A stretch of 64,000 bases of DNA from IMG/VR virus record IMGVR_UViG_3300045996_000852, positions 1 to 64,000 of that record; one strand, 5' to 3'. The position numbers and the translations under genes are program-made. The notes under the pieces were generated by a model that worked only from the letters and a program-made list of their open reading frames with translations, was not told the DNA's origin and did not search any database. Source of the stretch: a virus. Its lineage: Duplodnaviria; Heunggongvirae; Uroviricota; Caudoviricetes. This document shows, one piece after another, positions 37,966 through 48,534 of this stretch. Positions within the stretch are counted from its first letter, which is position 1; each line of letters begins with the position of its first letter.

Positions 37966-39162
37966 ATGCCTAAATTTCTTTCAACCGTTGACTTAGACCA
38001 GAACCAGATTATCAATGTGGTTCTCCATAAGTCAGCTTCTCACCCTTCCTCACCTTTGGAAGGGCAGATTTATTACAATACCACAGATGACAAGGTATAT
38101 TACTATGACGGTGCTGCATGGGTAGATTTCAGTGGTGATATTACTGCTGTAACTGCTGGTGCAGGTCTTACAGGTGGTGGTACAAATGGTGCTCTTAACC
38201 TTGATGTAAACGTAGATAACGTTACATTGGAAATATCCTCTGATGTCGTAAGGATAAAAGATTCGGGAGTAAGTACAGCAAAACTAGCTGATGGTGCAGT
38301 AACTACAATCAAGATTACTGACCAAGCTGTAACTTTTGCTAAGATTCAGGATATTCCAACAATGACTGTAATAGGTCGTACTGCTGCTGGCTCTGGTGTA
38401 CCAAGTGCCATTACTATATTGAATGACAACACTATGTCAACTGCTAGTACTTCAACACTGGCAACTTCGGCTTCTATCAAAGCATATGTTGATGCTCAGG
38501 TAGCTGCTATAGGAACTTTAATTGGTTCATTCAATGCTTCTACTGCAACAAACTTACCGGGAGATGGTACAACTAGTTCTGGTGATTACTGGTATGTTAC
38601 TGTAGCTGGTACAGTTCAAGGAGTTACGTTTAATGTTGGTGATATGATTATTGCTAATCAGGCAAATCCTACCACAACAAATCCTAACCACTACATATTC
38701 ATTGAAACAAATAGGGACCAAGCAACTACAACTGTTCTTGGTCTGGTGTATATAGCTACACAATCTGAGGTAAATACAGGAACAGATGCTAACAAAGCAG
38801 TAACTCCTGCTACCTTATCTGGTAGAACTGCTACAGAAACCAGAACTGGTATTGCTGAAATAGCAACTCAAGCTGAGACAAATGCTGGTACAGATGATGA
38901 AAGAATTGTAACTCCTTTAAAGTTAAAGACTTTCTTTGATGCTCTAACTGGTACTTATGGTGCAAACGTAGGTAATGGTTCATCAGCCACATTTATTCTC
39001 ACACACAACTTGAACACTAGAGATGTACATGTTGCATTTTACGATAATACAACATATAACGAAGTTGTAGCTGATGTTCAGGCAACTTCAGTAAATACTG
39101 TAACAGTTAGCTTTACTAACCCTCCAACTCTTAATCAATATAGAGTAGTTATTAAGAAATAA
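37966..39162 (+). CDS. Tail fibre protein, 398 aa
   Basis: Repeated xxKLADGAVTTIKITDQAVTFAKIQD pattern, typical of phage tail-fibre collar repeats; Thr/Ala/Gly-rich. Confidence 0.65.
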   Translation: MPKFLSTVDLDQNQIINVVLHKSASHPSSPLEGQIYYNTTDDKVYYYDGAAWVDFSGDITAVTAGAGLTGGGTNGALNLDVNVDNVTLEISSDVVRIKDSGVSTAKLADGAVTTIKITDQAVTFAKIQDIPTMTVIGRTAAGSGVPSAITILNDNTMSTASTSTLATSASIKAYVDAQVAAIGTLIGSFNASTATNLPGDGTTSSGDYWYVTVAGTVQGVTFNVGDMIIANQANPTTTNPNHYIFIETNRDQATTTVLGLVYIATQSEVNTGTDANKAVTPATLSGRTATETRTGIAEIATQAETNAGTDDERIVTPLKLKTFFDALTGTYGANVGNGSSATFILTHNLNTRDVHVAFYDNTTYNEVVADVQATSVNTVTVSFTNPPTLNQYRVVIKK

Positions 39163-42100
39163 TGAGAGAATTTTTATCCGATGTATATTTCAAAGGTGGA
39201 GTCTTTGGTGATATTACCAATGATGCCACACTAGATACAGCCTTAATGCTGGATGGAACTCAAGTGAAGAAAAGAACACTTGGGTCAATGGCATTTGAGG
39301 ATGCAGGAGATTTCTTATCATCTATTGCTGTATCTATACCTAATATATTTACTCCTTCTACAGATACAATAGACCCTTCTAATCCAGACCTTACTTTTTC
39401 ACTTGCTTCACAAACTGCCAATACTGTATTTGCTGCACCTAATGGACTGACAGGAACTCCTTCCTTCAGAGCATTAGTAGCTGCTGATTTACCTACACAA
39501 GCAATTCTTGGTGGTGGGGATGGTGCAGCTAATCAAGTAGCTTTCTTTACTGATAATAGAACATTGGATTCCAATTCAAACTTTCAGTTTGATGGTACTA
39601 ATGTAGGTATTGGTGGAGCACCTATTGAAAAATTAACCCTTATTGGTGGTAACCTATCTTTAGATAGTGGGTATACCATTAAATTCAAATACTCAACACA
39701 ATTCTGGATAGGTACGGATGCTACAGCAGATGGTTTCTTTATCTATGACAATACAGCAGGGGCAAGAAGATTTATATTAAATGCAGCAGGTAATTTTGGA
39801 TTTGGTTTTGCTTCTTCGGCTGCAATGAATACTGTAAACAAAGTTCAAATAACAGGTACTAATGGAATGGCTTCTAATGTGATAGGAACACCAGCAGGTG
39901 TATTGTCATTAAAAGCATCTGGTACATCTATGGAAATAAACATGGGTGTGGATAGTGCTACAGGTTCATCTTGGTTACAATCATTAAGTGCTGCAAGTGT
40001 AGGAACTTCTTACCTTATTAATCCTAGAGGTGGATTCGTAGGTATCAATCGTATTACTGCTCCCGGTAATGTATTAGATATAGAAGTATCTGATAGTGCA
40101 GCTATCACACCTAACACAGTATATAACGCTACTTCAAGAGGTATTCATATATATAATCCTTCCACTACCACAAGTACAGGTGGTATTTTATCTTTCATTA
40201 CAGGTGCAACAGGTGGTGGTATTGCTTCAATTGCAGGTTTAAGAACAGGCTCAGGTGGTTCTCAATTACGTTTCTACGGTACGTATGCTGGAACTCCAAG
40301 TTTAATGTTAACTGCTGACCCTAACAGTATAGTAGCTGTACCTATATTAGAAGGTACTTATAGTCCCGGTACTGCCCCTAGTAGTACATCATATTCTACA
40401 GGTGGACTTCTGACATCTGTTACAAATGTTCAATTTACAGCAGGAGCTAGGGCAGGTGTTTCATTCTGGAATAGAGGGGCATCAGGTTCTTTTATTTATT
40501 ATAATGGAGGAACTAGTTTCAAGCAAATAAATGATGGGGGAACCACTACAACTTTCGGAATGCTTGAAGTTGCTCAAACTTGGACAGCACTTCAAACATT
40601 TAATGATACATTAAGAGTTCAGGGAAGTGACCCATACTTACAAGTATTCAAGAGTGGGGCGTTAGATGGGAGAATATATGCAACTTCCTTTGCAGGATTA
40701 ATAACAATACCAAATCAAGAAGGATTTGGTGTGTTCAATGCTGGTAATACTACTTTAGTGCCTTTAAAAGCTTCTTATCTTTATTCAACTGGTACAGTAG
40801 AAATAGGTGGTGGCGTATTATTATTGAATAGTTCAACTGATAATTTTATTAGATGGAGAGAAGCAGGAACAGCAGATAGGGCAGTAATGGGTTATGCTGA
40901 TACTTCGAGCGATCTACAGATTCGAGTAGGTGGTGCTACAAGCATGTCTACAGGGACACTTGCCTTAACAATAGCATCTACTGGTACTGCAACATTTACC
41001 TCTGATATATATGCAAATTCAAGAATCTCATTGGGAGGCTCTTCTTTTAAAACATGGGGAAGTGGATTGTATACTATTCAAGGTGGTGGCGGTGGAATTA
41101 ACTCAGTACTAATTTCCGATACAGCAGGTAGTGGTGTTCATCTGAATGGTAATGCTTATCATAACGGAACAGCATGGAAGTATGTAACAACATCTGCCGT
41201 TTCTAATATTGCTGTGACTAATGGAACAATCTTAATGAGAGTTGCAGTATCAAACACGGCAGATACTAATATTACATGGACAGACGCTTTATCTATTGCA
41301 CCTACGGGTATTGCAACATTTGGAGCAGGTGTCTCAGCCACTTCCTTCACAACTACTGGAGCAATTACGACAGGTACACTTATAGTAGGCAGTACACCAA
41401 CTCCTACTTATACTGGTAACATCGCATGGATACATGGTGATGCTGATTTCGCTGGAGCTGCTACATGGAGAAGTGGTCAATTAAGAGTAGGTGCAACTAC
41501 TAATAATACATCAATAACTTTTGGTGCAGACCCTACTCTGTTAATAACATGGATTCAGTCTGGTAGACCGGGAACTGACTTCAGAAGATTATACATGCAA
41601 CCTAAAGGTGGAGGAACCATATTTGGAGATTACGGTACTGCTGATACAGGTGAATCTGTTATTATTGCAGGTTCAGGTAGAATAAATACTAATCTTTATA
41701 TAGCGAATTCAACTGTAGCTGCTGATGGGCTACAATATAAATTCAAAGTAGAATCAACTTCTCCTGCTGTACCAACAGGTCATATATTTCCACATCAAAT
41801 TTCATTAACTTCTGCCGGAAGTGCTAACCTTATGCAGGCTGCATTTTCAGTAGGTTTATCAGGAACATATACTGGTCCTGCCATAACATTTGGAGGTTCA
41901 TTTAGTAATGTTGCTCCGGGTACAGGTGCATCAATTACTACAGGTTCAAATGCTGAAACTTATGGTAATATATCTGTAGCAGGTAGAACAGGTGGTACAA
42001 CAACAGGTACAAACTATGCTTTTGTAGGAGAATCATTTGGTGGTAATATTAATATTGGTGGTTATTTTAGAGCTACAGGAGATAAAGCAAGTGCAAAGAA

Positions 42101-45100
42101 TGTAGGTGTAATTGGTATTGGGTATAACGGTCATGCAACTTCCCCAATTCATATTGGTGGCATATTCACATTAGGTACTACTCTTACATTGACTTCATCA
42201 GCAGCATTGATTGCTGATAATGGAGCTACTACTTCACCAATATTTCTCGGAAGAGACAATGGAACAGTAGTATTTACTATAGCAGATGGGGGGGCAGTAA
42301 CTAATTCTGCTTTCTTAACTGCATCCTCAAACTTAGCAAGGGCATTTTATCTTAATCCTACATTAACAATTAATGCAGCAAGTGATGTATTGGTAGGTCA
42401 AGATGTAAATCCTGTGTATTCAGTAGGTGCAGGAACTTTAGCTCATACTGCTATAGGATTAAGAGTAACTGGTACGTATTCTCCTTCAGCATATTCAACT
42501 AATAATTATTTTACAAGTATTGATATTTCAAGTACTTATACTAATACTCATTATGGAATAGGACTTAAAATAAATCCTAGTTTCAATAATGTTCAATACT
42601 TCTTCGGTATTGATTTACCTCAATCAGGGTATTGGGCTATTTATCAGAGAAATACAGCAGCTAGGAATCTATTTGCAGGTCCAACTGTTTTTGGAATAAG
42701 TGGAACTGCATCTACTCCTATAAACTTACAAGCTGATGTAGCCCCTATTAATATAATAGGTCACTCTTCTTATGGTGCTATTAGAATAGGAGACCAGAAT
42801 ATTTTGGCTACACAACATATGATTATAGGTCATACTGAAAGTGGTTCTACTACATCATGGATTTCAAATACTTTCAATAATGATGGAGCTATCTTGGATA
42901 TAAGAATGAAGGGTAATACCACTTCTGATTATGTTCTAAGGTTCTTAGGTTCAGGTAAAGCTACCTTCAGGTCAACTCTTGCTTCTGGTTCTGTTGTAAG
43001 CGAATGGATAAATACTAATACCACAGCGTACTTACGTGTATTACTAGGTTCATCTGCAACCCAACTATACGGTGTAGGCGGTGGTGGTGTGCAAATCAAT
43101 AATACAGCCAATGGTTTTGTACAGGTGGACTCTAGCAGGTTTCTTGTTCCATCTGGTTGGGCTGTGCAATCAGCAGGTGGTAATATGTTCCTTCGTGCTG
43201 ATACAACAGGAGCAGCAGGTAGTTATGTTGCTATCGAAGGATTCAATGGTAGTGCATGGGTGACAGCAATCAAAGTAGCCAATCCTGCTTCTGGTTATCC
43301 TAATGTGGTAGCTAATGAGACTGGCGGGTATTTCATGATTGGTACATCTACAGTAAGTAATTCTAAATTATATGTATACAATAACTATGTAACTAATGCT
43401 TATTCTGAAATAGCTGAATTTTCTCATATAGCTAATAATATCGGAGTAAGGGCATCAGGAAGTGCATTGTTTAAAGTTACAAATACTACAGGTGCTCATG
43501 GTGATTTCTATCTAAGATTTAAATTTCAAGGAACTAATTCAACACCAACTCTTATTGATGGTGGTTATATAAGAGCATATTTTACTGATGCTAGTACTGG
43601 AACATCTGAATTAAGGTTTGCTAATAGGTCTTTAGGTATTACACAAGAGAGAATGTTCTTGAGTGGTAGTAGCTTAACTATCGGTGCAGCAGGTGAAACA
43701 GGTGCTTTATATTTTAACTACCCCGGTGGAATGACTAATGAAAGTCTTATCACAGTTCAGAGAACAGGAAATGTTGGATGGGATGGTGGACCAATAACTA
43801 TCAAAGGTGGTAGTGCTTATTCAACAGGAACTAATGTTAATGGTGGTACTGTTAAATTAAGAGGTGGTATGCCTACTGGTTCAGGTTATTCAAATGTGGA
43901 AATTTATGTAGCCAATCCGGGAAGCTCTGGAACAGCAGACAACACCAATCAGTATTTACTTGGACAGTTTAAGGGTCAGGATAAATCTGTAGAATTGTTC
44001 GGTAACACGACAATTTCTAAGGATGGTGGAGCAGGAAGTTCAGCATCATTTATAATTAATGCTGCTAACTCAGCTTCTAATTTACAGTCTAACCCTTCCA
44101 TATACTTCAGACATACAAGTAATACCCTCGGTGCTCATGATGTTGTACAACTCGAAGCTTACGATACTCCGGGTTCATCATCAAGATTCAGTGTATGGAT
44201 TAGAGATAATGTAGCTGCTACATTAAAGAAACGTTGGACATTTAAAGAAGATTCTAATTTATGGAGTGAATATGATACTTCTTTGGCTGAACAGGGTATA
44301 ATGTTTGATTCTGGTAAAGTAGGTGGTAAGAAGTTTATAAGAGTAGACACACAAGAAGCTACTGGATGGGGTGGTGAAGATTTAGAAATTAGAGCAGGTC
44401 ATGCTCAAGCTGGTGCTACAGGTGGAAATGATTATGGTGGTAATATCTATCTCTTTGGTGGTAGTTCAATTGGTGGTGGAGCTACAAATGGTAAAGTAAT
44501 TCTTGCACATAATGGAACTTCAGCTATTGGTAAAGTTCTTATAGGAACTGCTACAGCCACTTCTGAATTAGTTAACATTGCTGGACATGTTAGAATAACT
44601 ACAGGTAATTTTTATCTATCTGATGCTCAATATATTTTCTCTGGTTCTGAAGTACTAGCTGGTACTGATAGTACAGGATATTTCTTTGCTTGTGGAGCTA
44701 CTCCTTTATCTTCGAGAAATATCTTTATAGGTCATGCTACTAACACACCTAAAATACAAATTAGTGCTCCGTTATTAACATTTAATGGAATCACAAGTGG
44801 ATTCCCTGCATTAAAAAGAAGTGGTGCAGAACTACAAGTTATATTAGCTGATGATAGTGCATATACAAGTATAAGAGCATCTTCATTTGTGAAGAATGGT
44901 GGTTTATCTACCGAATTTTTAATGGCTGATGGTAGTGTATCATCAGGAGCAAGTATATCTGAACCATCAACTCAAATATTATATGGTACAGGAACAGGAG
45001 TAGATAGTAGTGCAAACTTTAAGTATAATTCAAGCACAGGAGAGTTCTTTATACAAGATTCTTCAGCAACTTATAAAACTAATTGGGACGGATATTCTTG

Positions 45101-45725
45101 GAATGCTCTTGAATTTGTTTCAAAGACTGGTGGTACTACTGGTAGTATACAATCATATTTAGGTGGTAATGGTACATATGGTCAGATGTATGTACAAGAT
45201 GCTGCTAATAATAAATGGGTACTTATAGAACCTACATATATCTCATTCAAAACTGCTTCCTCAGTTGGAGGTCGTATTAAATGGGATAATGTTACAGGTA
45301 ACTTTACAAAGACTATTCAATTCCCCGATGCTGCTGGTACTGTAGCTCTTACAAGTGATATTCCTACAGCAACTTCTGGAACATATACTCCTACTTTAAC
45401 AGGTGTAAGTAATGTAACTTCAATTGGTAGTGCCACTACTTGTCAATACATGAGAGTAGGAAGTGTAGTTACTGTTTCTGGTAATGTTCAAATAGACCAT
45501 ACTTCCAACAGTACCTCAACAAGCATAAGTATCAGTTTACCAATAGCTTCTTCATTCAGTAATGATAATGAACTTTCTGGTGCTGGTGCAGGATTACAAA
45601 TCCCTGTAGCTATTGGAATAAGAGCAGATGCCGTAAATGATGTAGCATTATTAGTATTTGTACCGACAAGTGGTTCAGGAAGCAATAACAGTTACACATT
45701 TACATTTACATATAGAATTATATAA
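39162..45725 (+). CDS. Large tail fibre / receptor-binding protein, 2187 aa, Gly/Thr/Ser/Ala-rich
   Basis: 6.5-kb ORF dominated by G/T/S/A/N with repetitive short beta-strand-like segments, as seen in fibres and beta-helical tailspikes. Start overlaps the upstream stop (ATGA). Confidence 0.6.
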   Translation: MREFLSDVYFKGGVFGDITNDATLDTALMLDGTQVKKRTLGSMAFEDAGDFLSSIAVSIPNIFTPSTDTIDPSNPDLTFSLASQTANTVFAAPNGLTGTPSFRALVAADLPTQAILGGGDGAANQVAFFTDNRTLDSNSNFQFDGTNVGIGGAPIEKLTLIGGNLSLDSGYTIKFKYSTQFWIGTDATADGFFIYDNTAGARRFILNAAGNFGFGFASSAAMNTVNKVQITGTNGMASNVIGTPAGVLSLKASGTSMEINMGVDSATGSSWLQSLSAASVGTSYLINPRGGFVGINRITAPGNVLDIEVSDSAAITPNTVYNATSRGIHIYNPSTTTSTGGILSFITGATGGGIASIAGLRTGSGGSQLRFYGTYAGTPSLMLTADPNSIVAVPILEGTYSPGTAPSSTSYSTGGLLTSVTNVQFTAGARAGVSFWNRGASGSFIYYNGGTSFKQINDGGTTTTFGMLEVAQTWTALQTFNDTLRVQGSDPYLQVFKSGALDGRIYATSFAGLITIPNQEGFGVFNAGNTTLVPLKASYLYSTGTVEIGGGVLLLNSSTDNFIRWREAGTADRAVMGYADTSSDLQIRVGGATSMSTGTLALTIASTGTATFTSDIYANSRISLGGSSFKTWGSGLYTIQGGGGGINSVLISDTAGSGVHLNGNAYHNGTAWKYVTTSAVSNIAVTNGTILMRVAVSNTADTNITWTDALSIAPTGIATFGAGVSATSFTTTGAITTGTLIVGSTPTPTYTGNIAWIHGDADFAGAATWRSGQLRVGATTNNTSITFGADPTLLITWIQSGRPGTDFRRLYMQPKGGGTIFGDYGTADTGESVIIAGSGRINTNLYIANSTVAADGLQYKFKVESTSPAVPTGHIFPHQISLTSAGSANLMQAAFSVGLSGTYTGPAITFGGSFSNVAPGTGASITTGSNAETYGNISVAGRTGGTTTGTNYAFVGESFGGNINIGGYFRATGDKASAKNVGVIGIGYNGHATSPIHIGGIFTLGTTLTLTSSAALIADNGATTSPIFLGRDNGTVVFTIADGGAVTNSAFLTASSNLARAFYLNPTLTINAASDVLVGQDVNPVYSVGAGTLAHTAIGLRVTGTYSPSAYSTNNYFTSIDISSTYTNTHYGIGLKINPSFNNVQYFFGIDLPQSGYWAIYQRNTAARNLFAGPTVFGISGTASTPINLQADVAPINIIGHSSYGAIRIGDQNILATQHMIIGHTESGSTTSWISNTFNNDGAILDIRMKGNTTSDYVLRFLGSGKATFRSTLASGSVVSEWINTNTTAYLRVLLGSSATQLYGVGGGGVQINNTANGFVQVDSSRFLVPSGWAVQSAGGNMFLRADTTGAAGSYVAIEGFNGSAWVTAIKVANPASGYPNVVANETGGYFMIGTSTVSNSKLYVYNNYVTNAYSEIAEFSHIANNIGVRASGSALFKVTNTTGAHGDFYLRFKFQGTNSTPTLIDGGYIRAYFTDASTGTSELRFANRSLGITQERMFLSGSSLTIGAAGETGALYFNYPGGMTNESLITVQRTGNVGWDGGPITIKGGSAYSTGTNVNGGTVKLRGGMPTGSGYSNVEIYVANPGSSGTADNTNQYLLGQFKGQDKSVELFGNTTISKDGGAGSSASFIINAANSASNLQSNPSIYFRHTSNTLGAHDVVQLEAYDTPGSSSRFSVWIRDNVAATLKKRWTFKEDSNLWSEYDTSLAEQGIMFDSGKVGGKKFIRVDTQEATGWGGEDLEIRAGHAQAGATGGNDYGGNIYLFGGSSIGGGATNGKVILAHNGTSAIGKVLIGTATATSELVNIAGHVRITTGNFYLSDAQYIFSGSEVLAGTDSTGYFFACGATPLSSRNIFIGHATNTPKIQISAPLLTFNGITSGFPALKRSGAELQVILADDSAYTSIRASSFVKNGGLSTEFLMADGSVSSGASISEPSTQILYGTGTGVDSSANFKYNSSTGEFFIQDSSATYKTNWDGYSWNALEFVSKTGGTTGSIQSYLGGNGTYGQMYVQDAANNKWVLIEPTYISFKTASSVGGRIKWDNVTGNFTKTIQFPDAAGTVALTSDIPTATSGTYTPTLTGVSNVTSIGSATTCQYMRVGSVVTVSGNVQIDHTSNSTSTSISISLPIASSFSNDNELSGAGAGLQIPVAIGIRADAVNDVALLVFVPTSGSGSNNSYTFTFTYRII

Positions 45726-45754
45726 GAATTTTTTAATATTTAAAAACAACAATT

Positions 45755-45997
45755 ATGAAACTAGAACAAGTATTAGGTGCTCTGAGAGAAGGTGGTAAAA
45801 TTACCAATTCAAACCTCTCTGGTCCTCAGTTTATTGCTGCTGAAGGAGCAGAACAACCTTCAAATTACCTGACTTTATTTGGAGAAGGTGCTGAAGAAAC
45901 AGTTATCCAAGTAAGAGGTAAATCAGTTAACAGCTTCACTTTTGGACATCTTTCTAATGAAGTTCTCCTTGGGGATGACTGGTCAATAGTAGAATAA
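45755..45997 (+). CDS. Small protein downstream of the tail fibre, 80 aa (possible fibre chaperone)
   Basis: ORF immediately 3' of the fibre gene, followed by a terminator. Confidence 0.4.
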   Translation: MKLEQVLGALREGGKITNSNLSGPQFIAAEGAEQPSNYLTLFGEGAEETVIQVRGKSVNSFTFGHLSNEVLLGDDWSIVE

Positions 45998-46020
45998 CCC
46001 TCTAATTAGGAGGGTTTTTC
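45996..46020 (+). terminator. Rho-independent terminator closing the tail-fibre operon
   Basis: Stem aaccctc/gagggtt, loop taatta, then TTTTT. Confidence 0.6.
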
Positions 46021-46075
46021 TCCTATCTTTTATTTGGTAAAGTCCTATATTTTACGTATATTATATAGATAACGT

Positions 46076-47491
46076 ATGGTAACAAGTAGTACAAATTGCA
46101 ACACCTGTCAGCAGGAATATTCCAAACTCCTGAGCTTTCTTCCTAAATCTTGGAGGAAATCTTTGGTGGATTTGTTGTGTAAAATATCAGGAGACAAGCC
46201 GAAAGTTGATTGTGAAATGGTCAGGGATTGTGAGACTTTAACAAGCCTTTCACAATTTGAACAAGATGGCACTTCACTCTGTATTACTTATACAGATGAA
46301 CAAGGAGTAGAATCCAGAAGATGTTTTGATCTTCAACCACTTCTGTCTACTTTTTGTAACTGTGGAGAAACTACTACAAGTACAACAACTACCACAACTG
46401 TAGCACCTAGTACAACTACTACGACTACAGATGTGGAACCAGATTGTGTTACCTACCAATTAAGCAACCCGACAAGTAATCCTTTGAGTTTCTCCTACAT
46501 TGAATGTGGAGATACTGAAATCAAGACTTTTATGTTGGCTGCTAATGGTAGTATTAATTTTTGTGCTAATATAATAGATGGAACGTTGTTTACCACTGAT
46601 GGTATTATTGTTGGACTTGTAGGAAGCTGTACTGCCCCTACAACTACCACAACTACAACCACTTCCACTACTACAACAACTACGGAAGCACCTACGACTA
46701 CCACAACTTCAACAACCACAACTACAACTTGTGGTCAGCCTGAATGTCCTACTACTAGTGTTGAAACACCGGGAACAGGAATAGTACCAACAGGTGAAGG
46801 TGGAACAGCTTGGATATTCTTCGATGCTATAGAATGTGCTCAACAGTACAAAATATACGTATATCGTGATACTGGTTCAGGTTGGGCTTTCCATACAAGT
46901 GCAGGTCCGGGTACTTTGAGTCAGTTTATGCACCATGCAGGTGATACTTATAAGTATCCAGTTAATAACCTTATGATAGGTAGTACCTACAGATACAAGG
47001 TTACTGTTTGGAGAAGTGGAACAGAGTATGATTGTGATTGGGGTTACTTTGTAGCTAATGTGTCGAATACAACAACAACTTCGACTACAACTACTACCAC
47101 TGCTGCTCCTACGACAACTACGACAACAACCGTAGCTCCAACAACTACTACCACTACATCCACAACAACTACTACAACCCTAGTAGGTGGTATAACAATT
47201 CAGAATACTCTGACTGGTTCTAGTATTACAGGTGTAACACCTGCATTCTTCACCATCAATTCAGGGGCTTTCCCTATTGGTCCTAGTGAAAGTGCAACTG
47301 GTACAACTGGTACTTATACAGGAAATATTAGTGTAGCTATAACTACTTCTACAATAGGAAGGGTGACACTGTATGTAAATGGAGTACAACAAGATTGTGC
47401 TGATGTTACTGGAAATGATACTTATCTATTAAGTGCAGCTATTGTTGCAGGTGATAATGTAGTCATTACTCTGGAAGAAGGAACTTGTTAA
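46076..47491 (+). CDS. Mucin-like multidomain protein: four poly-Thr linkers between Cys-rich and FN3/Ig-like modules
   Basis: Poly-Thr tracts of 10-25 aa (TTTSTTTTTTVAPSTTTTTT...), Cys-rich N-terminal domain, a central domain with a beta-sandwich-like pattern (YRYKVTVWRSG). No signal peptide. Confidence 0.55.
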   Translation: MVTSSTNCNTCQQEYSKLLSFLPKSWRKSLVDLLCKISGDKPKVDCEMVRDCETLTSLSQFEQDGTSLCITYTDEQGVESRRCFDLQPLLSTFCNCGETTTSTTTTTTVAPSTTTTTTDVEPDCVTYQLSNPTSNPLSFSYIECGDTEIKTFMLAANGSINFCANIIDGTLFTTDGIIVGLVGSCTAPTTTTTTTTSTTTTTTEAPTTTTTSTTTTTTCGQPECPTTSVETPGTGIVPTGEGGTAWIFFDAIECAQQYKIYVYRDTGSGWAFHTSAGPGTLSQFMHHAGDTYKYPVNNLMIGSTYRYKVTVWRSGTEYDCDWGYFVANVSNTTTTSTTTTTTAAPTTTTTTTVAPTTTTTTSTTTTTTLVGGITIQNTLTGSSITGVTPAFFTINSGAFPIGPSESATGTTGTYTGNISVAITTSTIGRVTLYVNGVQQDCADVTGNDTYLLSAAIVAGDNVVITLEEGTC

Positions 47492-47515
47492 TTTTTTTAA
47501 AATAAAAGCCAATAG

Positions 47516-48490
47516 ATGTTACCTAGTAACCTAGTTTTTCTTCAAGTAGTACCTCACGACCCTTATTTTTTATGGCAGATTGAGGTACAGATAGTAAACT
47601 TTAGAAAGTTAAATGTTTCCAACAGAATGCAGATTTTAATCTGGTATCCTAGAGGAAGTCAACACATCAAAAAATGGGTAGAGTTACAAAACAAATACCC
47701 TGAAGTAAAGATGTATCTCTATGAAGATGAAGGTGTTAATCTGGAATTATATATTCCTCAGTTAAGACCTCACACTTTAAAGAAACACTTTGAAAAGTAC
47801 GCTGATGAATTGAAAGATAAAGTTTTCTTCTATCATGACTCGGATATAATATTTAATTATCTCCCTGACTTTGAGAAATTATGTAATGATGACATCTGTT
47901 GGCAATCAAATACTTCTCACTATTTAGATTATGAATATCTGAGAAGGAAAGAGAATCAAGGAAATATGCCTGACTATTTTGCTATAGATACTTTAGCAAA
48001 AATAGGAAGTGTGACAAGAGACATTATAAAATCCTATACCGGGAAAACAGGAGGTGCTCAGTATATTCTTAAAGGTATTGATGCTGATTTTTGGAGAGAT
48101 ATAGAACTCCAAGTATTACGAATCAGACATGAATTCTTTTGGGGATTCCCTCAGAAACCCAACTTTGGCTCTGTGAATAACCGATACTTCAAAAATGAAG
48201 CAGAAGGTTTTCAAAGTTGGTGTGCTGATATGTGGGCTGTAAATTTTGCTCTTTGGAGTAGAGGTAAGACCACCGATGTTACAACGGAATTAGAATTTTC
48301 TTGGGCTACAGATTCCAAGGAAGTTTATGAGAAGAGACCCATCTTCCACCTTGCAGGAGCAACTGGTAACCAACCGGGAGTTTTCTACAAAGGGGCATGG
48401 GTTCACAAATCTCCAATAGGACAAGATATTTCAGCTAGTCCTGATAACGCTACATGGTTTTATGTTGAAGCCATTAAAGCAGTTAAATAA
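47516..48490 (+). CDS. Hypothetical protein, 324 aa; possible GT-A-fold glycosyltransferase
   Basis: KVFFYHDSDIIFNY contains a DxD-like HDSD motif. Tentative. Confidence 0.3.
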   Translation: MLPSNLVFLQVVPHDPYFLWQIEVQIVNFRKLNVSNRMQILIWYPRGSQHIKKWVELQNKYPEVKMYLYEDEGVNLELYIPQLRPHTLKKHFEKYADELKDKVFFYHDSDIIFNYLPDFEKLCNDDICWQSNTSHYLDYEYLRRKENQGNMPDYFAIDTLAKIGSVTRDIIKSYTGKTGGAQYILKGIDADFWRDIELQVLRIRHEFFWGFPQKPNFGSVNNRYFKNEAEGFQSWCADMWAVNFALWSRGKTTDVTTELEFSWATDSKEVYEKRPIFHLAGATGNQPGVFYKGAWVHKSPIGQDISASPDNATWFYVEAIKAVK

Positions 48491-48534
48491 TTATGGGAGA
48501 AATACCCACGTCAACTCTAATTTTATCTTAAACT

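Noticed and set aside
8656-45685. Numerous 60-130-aa ORFs on the opposite strand inside the giant + strand genes (e.g. 9064-9345, 24195-24497, 30577-30921, 34586-34969, 41159-41350)
   Set aside because: They are fully embedded antisense in long, clearly coding ORFs. Their composition is dominated by the reverse complement of the sense codons (Ser/Leu/Phe-rich). None has an independent promoter or terminator.
46373-47170. Highly repetitive ACN-codon tracts (poly-Thr coding), which look superficially like a repeat array
   Set aside because: The repeats are in-frame coding low complexity (poly-Thr linkers), not spacer-repeat units. No CRISPR-like repeat-spacer periodicity exists anywhere in the window.
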